Shown here in pieces: positions 14,501 to 27,429 of a stretch of 64,000 bases of DNA (within the stretch, counting starts at the first letter, position 1; each line of letters begins with the position of its first letter). This stretch comes from Eledone cirrhosa. Taxonomy: Eukaryota. The notes under the pieces are model-generated. The model worked only from the letters and a program-made list of their open reading frames with translations, was not told the DNA's origin and did no database searches. A program made the translations under genes and the position numbers. The stretch covers positions 47,244,001-47,308,000 of the forward strand of contig OZ024751.1 of assembly GCA_964016885.1 (NCBI GenBank), written 5' to 3'.

Positions 14501-16185
14501 GTGCCACACTTTAACAAACATTTCTACCATAGCTTCAAGTTGACCAATATCTTGAGTAAAATTTGATTTGGTAGATAGAAACTGTGTGGAAGTCCAATAT
14601 ATATATATATATATATAATCACCATTAAACGTCTATTTTCCATGCTAGCATGGGTTAGACGAGTTGTCCCATTGTAAGACAAGTCAAAACAGTGTCTTGC
14701 TCATATAGAACTGTTTCTTGCTTGGTTTCTATTTATATGTATATATCAAATGTGAAAACCTAACTCCATTACCCACACTAGCAGAAAAACCACCCATTGG
14801 GTGGTTTTCTGCTAGCATGTGTAGTGTGTATATTGATATTATACGCAGGTATATATACATGTAGATATGATACATCAAATAAAATCGTAATTGACAATAT
14901 ATAATACATAGAAATAGAATGAAGACTGCGTTACACTGTCTTATTTAATCAGTAACGTAATCCATGATACATTAAAAAATACGATATTATATATAAACTG
15001 CATTAGGAGAAAATTAGTGACAGAAAATTAGTATGTTTATTTAAGCGATGGCCAACCGGAAGTGTTGACATTTCAGAAATTTTAAAGAAGTGAATCTTTA
15101 AATAAACAAAATATATTTAATCAAGAGCCACAAAATTTAGTAGATAAATTATGTAATATTCATTCATTATTTATTCAAAGTAATCCAACTTATTTTACTA
15201 ATGGGATAAAAAATTATAAACCGTACGCAGTCCCGTGCTCCTTACTTTATTATAGTTTAGATTTTATTTTCAGATTACGTGCTAAAGATCCTGGATTAAG
15301 TGTAGCAGATGCTTCTGCTGTTTGGTTTATTCAACTTCTTTCAATGTGGATCACATCAGTGCTGCCTAACGATAAGACGTTGAAGCGAAAGATTCTTTTG
15401 AGAACCAGGTTAGTAATTTCCTGTTGCAGACTCTGTTTTAAAGTCTAAATTCTGTCTTGTGCCCAGAACCTCATCAGACCCGTGCTTATACTGGTTTCTG
15501 TGGCTTGAAGTAACTGAGAGTACATGACTTTCCCCTGGACAAGATGCCAGTCCATCGCAAAGTTAAAGTCTCTCTTGAGCGCAGAGCCTCATCAAGCTAG
15601 TGCTTATCCTGGTTTCCATGGCATGAAGCGACTGAGAGTACAAGAATCCCCATTGGACAGGATGCCAGTTCATTGCAGGGTTAAAACCCCCAGCTATTGT
15701 TGGTACACATATTACAACTGTTCATTGTGGTAGAAAGATCTTGAAAGCTATGACATGTTGTATGTAGTTGCTCAGATTATGCCTTGAAGCATGATTGAAT
15801 GCAGACATGGGTGAAATCAAATTGGATCCTACCATCTTAAGAGTGGAAGTACACATTAGATAATATGGTCTCGGATGTCTCCTGCTTGATACAAGAAAGT
15901 CTAGATGGTTATGGTATGGATGTCTTTGATCATAGGTCTGCTGAATCAGGGTTGACCTAGGGTTAAACAACAAAAATAAAGAAGAATTTTGTCTTTAACC
16001 ATTTTGATACTAACTTGTCTTTCTCTTGTTCTTATTTCCAGGAGTGCCCTCACACACATGCAACCATTATCATTATCGCAAGCCAGCAATGAGAGACCAT
16101 ATTTTCTCAGTAAAAATGTCTTGAAAGAAGTTGATAGTTTCCTCACCGATGTCATCTTGTGAGTAGTATTGGTACTGACTATTTC

Positions 16186-16220
<35 letters not shown>

Positions 16221-16224
16221 CCTT

Positions 16225-16256
<32 letters not shown>

Positions 16257-19200
16257 CAGAGTAATATGGCTCACTACTTAACCAAATTAAATGAATATTT
16301 TAATTTTACTTAGCTTTGCCTTTCATCCTTACAGGATTGATAAAATAAAGTACCAGTAATGCACTGGGGTAGATTTAATCGACTTTCTCCTCCCCCAGAA
16401 TTGTTGGCCATGTGTCTAAATCAGAAACCATTATTTTCTTATATAATTGTTTCTATGTTTGGCACAAGGCCGGCAATTACCCAGTGCATTACTGGTACTT
16501 TATTTTATTGACCCCGTAAAATAAAGTACCGGTAATGCACATATAATGGCGGTGGATTAGCAGTATCGGTAGAGGGTCGGACGCCATGCTTTGCAGCATA
16601 GAGTTACAGCCCTTTATGATCTGAGTTCAAATCCTGCCAAGGTTAACATTGTCTTTCATCCTTACAGGGTCGATAAAATAAAGTACTAGTAATTGCACTG
16701 GGGGTAATTGCTGGCCTTGTGCCATAAAGTAGAAACCTCTATTTTCTTATATACTAATATTTAAGTTATTTTTTATTGTTATCTGTTTTGCACCCATTAG
16801 TGACAGTACTGGTTGTGTCGTACCTGCTGATCTCGATATCCTCCTCAGTTTTAATATGGCTCGTGGAAGTGTCAAAGGACTCATCAATACAGTGAAAGTG
16901 TTACAAAGTAAGCCTAAATGGAACCCCGCCACCTCCATATTGTACTCTCTTGTGCTGTCTTGTGATGTCCGTAGTGTTTCCTTTTTGTAAACCCTTTGTA
17001 GTTAATAAAGAAATCATTATCCCAGCATTTTGTTGAAAGATGGGTGAGAGAAGCAAGAATGGCCCGAGTGAATGGGCCTACTCTGAGTATATATCTGTAA
17101 ATTAAAGGTGGAAAACTGGGAGAGGGCACTTGCCTTGGTGGTCAGGGTCATTGTGGCCTTTTACTGGGCTTTCTCCACAAATGTCCCTCCGAAGTCTCCT
17201 CCCCTATTGGGGAATTTTTCATTGTTATTTTTTGTTACACCCTCTGTTTTTGTTTTTTACACGCAGAAATGCCCATTTGTACCGTCCTGTATTGTCCTGC
17301 ACTGTCCTTAATGTCTACTTTATGTAAACCCTTGTGGTTAATAAAGAAATCATTATTATAGCGTCAGACGCCATGCTTTGCAGCATGGAGTTATGGCCCT
17401 TTACGTTCTGATTTCACATCCTGCCGAGGTTAGCTTTGCCTTTCATCTTTGCGGGGTCGATAAAATAATGTACCAGTAATACACTGGGATTCATTTAATC
17501 GACATTCCCTTCCCTTCAAATTTCTGGCCTTGTGCCTAAAGTAGAAACAATTATTATTATTATTTTTAGTGTAGTTAACAATGAAATTATTATTATTGTT
17601 ATTAATATTATTATTATGGTGGATTTGGCAGAATCGGTAGAGCGTCGGACAACGTTTTGCAGCATAGAGTTACAGCCCTTTACGTTCTGAGTTCAAATCC
17701 TGCCATGGTTAACTTTGTCTTTCATCCTTACAGGGTTGATAAAATAAAGTACTAGTAATTGAACTGGGGTAATTGCTGGCCTTGTGCCACAAGTAGAATC
17801 AATTATATTTGAAATAAATGTAATTTAATTAATAAATTAAATAGAAGTTATTTAACCCTTTAGCATTTACATTACTTTATATTTACTATTGTATTTTCAT
17901 GGTAAAGGCTTTATCTCATATAATCTTGAGTCTGTGAGAGTTTGATGGTGTTATTGTTTATATTAAGAATGGTATCTTAACATCAGTGTGAGCTACTGGT
18001 TACAGCCGGTTTAAAAAAGGGGAAAGAATTGTGGCCGGATGCAGCCGGTTTAAATGCTAAAGAGTTAATTAAATAAAAATATATGTTGTGTTCTGTTTTG
18101 TTGTAGATTTTCCTGATTTGTGTTTATCATGCAGTGAACTGATGAACAAAACAATCAAATCAAAACACACAGCTTGGGAAAAACAAGGTAAGATGTGGTA
18201 ACAGAACTTAACTTTGTTGAAATTATCATCATCATTGCCATCACCACTACCACCATCACCAGCATCATCACCAATATTATCACGATCAACATCACCACCA
18301 TCACCATCATTACTGTCACCATCAACATCTCTGTTACCAGCACCACCATCACCATCAACATCCCAACCCCCACTGCTTTCGAGATCACTGCCACCACCAC
18401 CACCATCATCACCAACATCATCACCACTACCATCATCACCAACAACATCACCACTACCACCACCATCATCACCACTACCACCATCACCACCACCACCACA
18501 GTCATCATCACCCCAATCACCACTATCACCACCATAGTCATCGTCACCACCCCCACCGCCACAGTCATCATCACCACCATCACCAATAAGGATCAGCCTT
18601 TAGTGAGCAGACTTATAATTAAAATCAGTCCAACCATGACCAGACCAATCAACATTTTTCTATAATATAAGACACTACATTTGAGGGAGATTTGGTTGTT
18701 ATTTCAGCAAGCTGAGTGTCCATGTAGAGGCTCCCTCCTCCTCCTTATTGGTTTGCCTATCACACCTCATTTGTTTGCCTATCACACCTCATTGGTTTGC
18801 CTATCACACCTCATTTGTTTGCCTATTACACCTCATTTGTTTGCCTATTACACCTCATTTGTTTGCCTATTACACCTCATTGGTTTGCCTATTACACCTC
18901 ATTTGTTTGCCTATTACACCTCATTGGTTTGCCTATTACACCTCATTGGTTTGCCTATCACACCTCATTGGTTTGCCTATTACACCTCATTTGTTTGCCT
19001 ATTACACTTCATTTGTTTGCCTATTACACCTCATTGGTTTGCCTATTACACCTCATTTGTTTGCCTATTACACCTCATTTGTTTGCCTATTACACCTCAT
19101 TGGTTTGCCTATTACACCTCATTTGTTTGCCTATTACACCTCATTGGTTTGCCTATTACACCTCATTTGTTTGCCTATTACACCTCATTTGTTTGCCTAT

Positions 19201-21029
19201 TACACCTCATTGGTTTGCCTATTACACCTCATTTGTTTGCCTATTACACCTCATTGGTTTGCCTATTACACCTTATTGGTTTGCCTATTACACCTCATTT
19301 GTTTGCCTATCACACCTCATTGGTTTGCCTATTACACCTCATTGGTTTGCCTATTACACCTCATTTGTTTGCCTATTACACCTCATTGGTTTGCCTATTA
19401 CACCTCATTGGTTTGCCTATCACACCTCATTTGTTTGCCTATTACACCTCATTTGTTTGCCTATCACACCTCATTGGTTTGCCTATCACACCTCATTGGT
19501 TTGCCTATCACACCTCATTTGTTTGCCTATCACACCTCATTGGTTTGCCTATTACACCTCATTGGTTTGCCTATTACACCTCATTTGTTTGCCTATCACA
19601 CCTCATTTGTTTGCCTATCACACCTCATTTGTTTGCCTATCACACCTCATTTGTTTGCCTATTACACCTCATTTGTTTGCCTATTACACCTCACTGGTTT
19701 GTTATGTCTGTTGATGACTCTGTATTGTATTTTCCAGCCAATTCCTTCTATCTACCACTATTAGGCTGTGAAGGAGGACAGTTAGAAGACAAATCAAAGA
19801 AGAACAATGGTAGCAGCAGCAGCAACAACAACAATAACAACAGCAACAATAATAACAACAACAATACTACCAATCTACGGAATATCCAAGGTTAACCCTT
19901 TCACATTTACATAACTCTATATATTTACTATTGTATTTTTGCAGTAAAGGCTTTACCTCACATAATTATCTCACATAATATCTTACATAACATTTACATT
20001 ACTCTATATATACTATTGTTTTCGTAGTAAAGGCTTTATCTTACATATCTCACATAATATCTCGCATAACATTTACATTACTCTATATATACTATTATAT
20101 TTCTACGGTAAAGGCTTTATCTCACATAACATTTACATTACTCTATATTTACTATTATATTTCCATGGTAAAGGCTTTACCTCACATAATTATCTCACAT
20201 AATATCTCACATAATATTTACATTACTCTATATATACTATTGTATTTTTGCAGTAAAGGCTTTATCTTATATAATTATCTTACATAATATCTCACATAAC
20301 ATTTACATTACTCTATATATATTATATACTATTGTATTTTTGCAGTAAAGGCTTTATCTTATATAATTATCTTACATAATATCTCACATAACATTTACAT
20401 TACTCTATATATATTATATACTATTGTATTTTTGCAGTAAAGGCTTTATCTTATATAATTATCTTACATAATATCTCACAGAACATTTACATTACTCTAT
20501 ATATATTATATACTATTGTATTTTTGCAGTAAAGGCTTTATCTTATATAATTATCTTACATAATATCTCATAACATTTACATTACTCTATATATATTATA
20601 TACTATTGTATTTTTGCAGTAAAGGCTTTATCTTATATAATTATCTTACATAATATCGAATCAATGAGATTTTGATGTTATTTATTTTGAGAACAAACCC
20701 TTAATGTCAGTATGAGTGGCCGGTTACAGCTGGTTTGAACAGAAAGAGGTGAGAGACTTCTGGCCGGATATGTCTGGTTTAAATGCTAAAGGGTTAAGTT
20801 GTTTCTGTATTACCAATGTACATCGTAATTTATCAAAACAGCCTCCATTTCTTTTTACTCTCTTTCTCTCCTTCTCTATCATCCTCTCTCCCTCTCTCTT
20901 CCTCTATCATCCTTTCTCTCTCTCTCCTTCTCTATCATCCTCTCTCTCTCCTCATCTATCATCCTCTCTCTCACGCTCCTCTATCATTCTTTCTCTCTCT
21001 CCTCTATCATCTTTTCTCCCTGTCTCTAT

Positions 21030-21060
<31 letters not shown>

Positions 21061-21717
21061 CTTCTCTATCATCCTCTCTCTCTCTCCTTCTCTATCATCC
21101 TCTCTCTCTCTCCTTCTCTATCATCCTCTCTCTCTCTCCTTCTCTATCATCCTCTCTCTCCCTCCTCCTCTATCATGCTCTCTCTTCCTCCTCCTCTATC
21201 ATCCTCTCTCTCCCTCCTCCTCTATCATCCTCTCTCTCTCTCCTTCTCTATCATCCTCTCTCTCTCTCCTTCTCTATCATCCTCTCTCTCTCTCCTTCTC
21301 TATCATCCTCTCTTTCTCTCTCCTCTATCATCCTCTCTCTCCTTCCTCTATCATCCTCTCTCTCTCCTCTATCATCCTCTCTCTCCTTCCTCTATCATCC
21401 TCTCTCTCTCCTCTATCATCCTCTCTCTCTCTCCTTCTCTATCATCCTCTCTCTCTCTCCTTCTCTATCATCCTCTCTTTCTCTCTCCTCTATCATCCTC
21501 TCTTTCTCTCTCCTCTATCATCCTCTCTCTCCTTCCTCTATCATCCTCTCTCTCCTTCCTCTATCATCCTCTCTCTCTCCTCTATCATCCTCTCTCTCCC
21601 TCCTCCTCTATCATCCTCTCTCTCTCTCCCTCCTCTATCATCCTCTCTCTCCCTCCTCTATCATCCTCTCTCTCCCTCCTCCTCTATCATACTCTCTCTC
21701 TCTCTCTTCTCTTTTAT

Positions 21718-21755
<38 letters not shown>

Positions 21756-24700
21756 AGTTTACCTCCAAGAAGGCAGGAAAAGTGCGGACCTTTTCTTCAA
21801 GGCTCCAGACTTTGTTACCTTAACAAAGTTGACGATTAAAGTAAGTCAAACCTATTTCATCATATTACCACCACCACCACCACCACTACCACCACCATCA
21901 CCACCACAACCGCCACCATCATCATCATCACCATCATCATCACCATCACCGCCATCATCATCACCATCACCACCACAACCACCACTACCACCATCGTCAT
22001 CACTGTTTATTGTCTTATTATTCCTCCTCTTCCCCTCATAATGTTTAAAATTCTCCCCCCCCCCCCCCCCCCCCCTCAACATCACCATTTCCATGTTGTC
22101 CTTCACCTTGTTTTTCTTGTTTTTATCTTCAGGTTGTGAGTGGTTCCCGTGGTTGCAGACAAGGACTGGTCTTTGTCTATGGAGATAAGTATGTAACTAA
22201 AATTATCTCCCATTTCTGTCTTCATTCTTCACTTCTTTCTTTCCTCCTTCTTAGTGGGGTTTTTTTCTTCATTCTTTCTCTTCGTGTTCTTTTTGTTTTA
22301 TTCTTTCTTTTCCTTTTTTTTGCTCTCTTCATTTCCTTCTTTCTTGCTGTATAGTATGAGTTGTGTGTGTTGTGTTGTGTTGTGTGAATTATGTGAGGGT
22401 TGTGTGTGTTCTCTGTGTTGTGCTGTGTGTTGTGTGAATTTTGTGTGTGTTGTATGTATTGTGTTGTGTGAGTGTTGTGTGTGTTGTATGTATTGTGTTG
22501 TGTGAGTGTTGTGTGTGTTGTATGTGTTGTGTGAGTTGTATGTATTGTGTTGTGTGTGTTGTATGTGTTGTGTGTGTTGTATGTATTGTGTTGTGTGAGT
22601 TTTGTGTGTGTTGTATGTATTGTGTTGTATGTGTTGTGTGTGTTGTATGTATTGTGTGAGTTTTGTGTGTGTTGTATGTATTGTATGTGTTGTGTGAGTG
22701 TTGTATGTATTGTGTTGTGTGAGTGTTGTATGTGTTGTGTGTGTTGTATATATTGTGTGAGTTTTGTGTGTGTTGTGTGTGTTGTATGTATTGTGTGAGT
22801 TTTGTGTGTGTTGTATGTATTGTATGTGTTGTGTGAGTGTTGTATGTGTTGTGCTGTGAGTGTTGTATGTGTTGTGTGTATGTTGTATGTGTTGTGTGAG
22901 TTTTGTGTGTGTTGTATGTATTGTATGTGTTGTGTGAGTGTTGTATGTATTGTGCTGTATGTGTTGTGTGAGTGTTGTATGTGTTGTGCTGTATGTGTTG
23001 TGTGAGTGTTGTGAGTGTTGTGTATGTTGTATGTGTTGTGTGAGTTTTGTGTGTTGTATTATTATTGTTATTATTTATTTCCAGAAATGATTTCTGCCAA
23101 GAGGACCATGTCACTAAATACTGTAGCTATGATGAATGGACTCAACAAGATATTCAGTCACATTTGGCGTATGTCTCACTTTATTTACCCTCGTCATTGT
23201 TGTTATTTTATGTTTATTTCTGTAGCATGTAGATTTTAACCCTCACATTACTGGGACTTTCTCCCTTTCCTCATCACATACTTTTAATTCACTTTCACAA
23301 TCTAAGCTGCTTAGAGGATTGGATTAGCAATCGTAAGGTTGTGAGTTCTATTCCTGGACTGGGTGATATGTTATGTCCTTGAGCAAGACGCTTTATTTCA
23401 TGTTGTTCATTCTGCCAGGAGGTGTGCTTGGTAGGTAATATCAGCAACTAAAAGACCAATGGAGACATTGTTTCCTTGGTCCGATTTGTTGAGTTCCACT
23501 CCACTTGATAAACGAATGAGAATCAATATAGTTTTGGATACTTTATATATATGGAGGCACATGGCTTAGTGGTTAGAGCATTGGCCTTGCAATCGAAAGG
23601 TTGTGAGTTCAATTCTCAGACTGGGTGATGTGTTGTTTCCTTGAGCAAGACACTTTATTTCACATTGCTCCAGTTTACTCAGCTGTAGAAATGAGATGAT
23701 AGGGACTGGGGTCCCTATCATTCCACTGCAAAGTGGTCGTGCAGGTGCCACGGCAGAAAAACACCCACCACTCACTGTAAATGAGGTTGGTGTTAGGAAG
23801 GGCATCCAGCTGTAGAAATCAAGCCAGCATCAGTTTCCATCCCACCCTTGCAAGCAGGGAGAAGCGGACGTAAAATGAAATGATGATGATGATATATATA
23901 TATATATATATCATCATCATCATCGTTTAACGTCTATCTTCCATGCTAGCATGGGTTTAGACGGGAATTGTCCCACTTGAGGCAAGATTGGTCGGGAGAC
24001 CATGTCTCGCTCGTATAGGACTGTCTGGCAGGTTTTCTACGGCTTTTGACGTAATGGTTAAACACTGTTGCCCAGTATACAAGAATTGCAGGGTTCAATT
24101 CCCCACAGGCATTTTTCCATCCCGAGTGGTATTTTGCTGGATTTCTTCAACTATTATTTAAAATTATCAAGTATTATTATAGTTATCTGTATTGTGGCGA
24201 CTATAACTTTACCTTTCTCTGTTTCTAGTAAGGAGTCGTCTGTCCCCTATACAGAAGATGATCCTGTGGCTGCCTTTCACTTTGAAGAATCCTGGTACGT
24301 GACTCTTTTACTTTATTAACATAGAAGAAAAAGCAAAGGGATTTTTTCTGTGTGGGTTGTTGGGATTGATTTTAGGGGATTGATAGGGATATAATTGTTT
24401 GATGTTGTTTTATCCTTTCATGACTGTTTTTCTAATGAAATACACTCTAGTTCAATTAATTAGTTAAGAATTTTCAAGGTTTTTACTAAAATCATTAATT
24501 ATTTCATTACTATGATGAGCCCTGTGTGTATATATGTATGTGTATGTATGTTTATATGTATGCACACCTATGTATGTTTATATGTATGTGTGTATATGTG
24601 TTTGTATGAACGTATGCATATGTATATAATAATAATAATATAATAATGAAATTATTGTGTACAGTGCTCAGGTGCACTACAACTCATCAAAGGTGCATGT

Positions 24701-27396
24701 ATAGTACATAGAATAATGTACAAATGTCAGGAAAATGAACAGTGTATGAGTCATGATATAATAACAATAACAATAATGAAATATTGTGTACAGTGCCCAG
24801 GTGCACCACAACTCATCAAAAAAGTGCATGTACAGTACATAGGGCAATGCACAAACATCAGTAAAATGAACAGTGCACGAGTCATGATACACACATGTGT
24901 GCATGTGTATGGAAGGGGTACATCAGGTGTAGTTTTGGCGTATTTCGGGAAGCATGAGTGTCTTAAAGGATGCAGTGTCTCGGCAGCTAACAATTGACGC
25001 AGGCAGTTTGTTCCATGCTTCAGCAACTCTGAGCGTGAAAAAATGTCTGCGAAAGTCATGGGAGCTGTGCTGTTTTCTTATATTGTAGGCATGTCCACGT
25101 GTGTTAGACACATGGAGATCAAAGAGGCGCTCAGGGTTGCAGTTGGCGAGATGGTTAAAAACTTTGTGGGTATTCACCAAGTCCATTGCCAGACGTCGGA
25201 GCTTCAATGAATCCATGCCCAGGGAAGCAAGGCGTTCAGAGTATGGTAGGTGTCTGATGGAGGGTATGCGCTTGGTTGCACGTCTCTGAACAGTTTCCAG
25301 GAGGTCAATGTTCCGAGCAAGATAGGGGTTCCAGACTGATGATGCGAATTCCAAGTGTGGTCGCACCATAGCTGTATACAGTTTTAAATAGATGGCTGGA
25401 GAGCGGCTAACAAAGGTCTTGCTGAGTGATGCCAAGACACCCTTGGCCTTCTTGACAATCTTAGAGACATGCTTTGTCCAACGCAAATCGTTGCTGACAG
25501 TAATGCCCAGGTCACGTTCACAAGAGGACTTTTTGATGTCAGTGTTGTGGAGGGAGTATGTGGACGCTGGATTTTTCCTTCCAAAATGCATGGTGGTACA
25601 CTTGTCCACAGCCAGCTTCAGTTGCCAGTCTGTGATCCATTGCTGCATTGTGTCCAGGTCTGACTGTAGGAAAGAGTTGTAAATTTCAGGATCAGTCCTT
25701 TTGATTTCAAGGTACAGCTTGATGTCATCTGCATATTTTAGTACCGTGGCATTCTGTAAGTTGGCATCTATGTCATTAATATATGCCACAAACAAAAGAA
25801 GACCAAGAACAGATCCCTGTGGTACACCAGATGACATCTCATATGGTGAAGAATGCTGTCCTAGAACCGTGACTACTTCCTTTCGGCTGAGAATGAAGGA
25901 TTTCAGCCAGTCGAAAAGATCATCCCTCACACCCTTTGCAGAGAGTTTTGCCATAAGTCTTTTGTGTGGCACAGAATTAAAAGCCTTAGCAAAGTCAAGG
26001 TAAACAACATCCACCCATGAGCCGCTGTCAGTGATCCGGGTGATGTCCTCAAGGAACTCGATAAGCTGATCACAGCATGTATGCACATATATGTAATGGT
26101 GTGTGAGTATGTGTTTGTATACACATATGCACATACGTATGTGTGCGTATAAGACAATCTAATTAGATCTTTATAATGAATGTTTAAATGAATCTGTTTG
26201 TTTCAAATATTGTTTTGTCTTCCCTCCCAGGGACGAGTTGGAAATCCCAGTTCTTTGGTACCCAGAAGGAAAGGTTAGTTGATTTGTTTGTTTGTTTATA
26301 TTTGAACTGGCCATATCCGACCAGAATTATCCAAACCGGCCATAATTGGCCACTCATACTGACATTAAGATATTCTTCTCAAAATGAATAATACCAAAAT
26401 ATCATAGATTTAATATTATGTGAGGTAAAGACTTTACCAATAAAATATAATAGTAAATATAGAGTAATGTAAATGCTAAAGGGTTAATGATAATGCCCTT
26501 GTGTTTTTGTAACGATTCAGCAGAAAATATCTGAAAGCTGGTCATATTCTTAACTAGACTGAAGAACCCTTTCTACCTTATTACAGAGTGTACTTAGTGT
26601 ATTTTATCATAGTCCCAGCACTAGAGAGATTATCATATTTTTAACTAGACTGTTGAATCCTTTCTACTTTATTACTGAGTGTATTTTATCATATCACCAG
26701 CACAGTTGTCAAGTTCTTGACCAGCGAGAAGAGTCCTTTCTACCTAATATACTGCATATGTTATGTAATGATATAATGTAATATATTTTACCAATATACC
26801 AGACTGAAGAGTCCTCTCTACTATATATAATGTATATATTATATAATATATTTTACCAGTATACCAGGCAGGGAAGTCCTCTCTACCTCATATACTGTGT
26901 ATGTTATCTAATACTTTAATGTAATATATTTTACCAGTATGTGATGGTGAAGTTTTTGGAACCTCGAAGTGATTCCAATGGGAAACTGGGTATCAAGTCC
27001 ATTCAGTTTTCTGGATTTCATAAGAAGATTGCTTTCTTGAGAATGTTACCTGTAAGTACTTCATATTTCCTCCTATTGCACTTGTATCTATGATTTGGCA
27101 TTCTTCAAATTAATTATTTAATTTTTATAGTTGGAGCCAAAATAATGATGCTCCCATTTCATTTATGTATATATATCTCTGGGTGTGTATCTGTGTGTGT
27201 GTGTATATATATATTTTTTTTTTTTTTTACAATTCCATCCCACCCGTCCCTTCAATCTATCTAATTTCTCATTCTTTCTTCTGATGAAGGACTAGCATCC
27301 GAAACATTAAGACCCTCTTCCTGCTATTTCAAGCATTAACCTAATCTATTCCTTCCATATACTGTACTGATTGTGTTGTTATTTCTGTTTACCTTT

Positions 27397-27429
<33 letters not shown>

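Noticed and set aside
18681-19764. Long ORFs in all three + frames (404, 338, 305 aa)
   Set aside because: Artefact of a 22-bp stop-free minisatellite; only 19738-19890 is a real exon.
23553-23625. tRNA-like sequence with A and B boxes
   Set aside because: SINE head: it continues into the core and LINE tail, has no clean acceptor stem, and is present in many copies.
23566-23805. Recurrent 79-aa [20 protein letters not shown]...
   Set aside because: Antisense reading of SINE family A; the recurrence reflects repeat copies, not a gene family.
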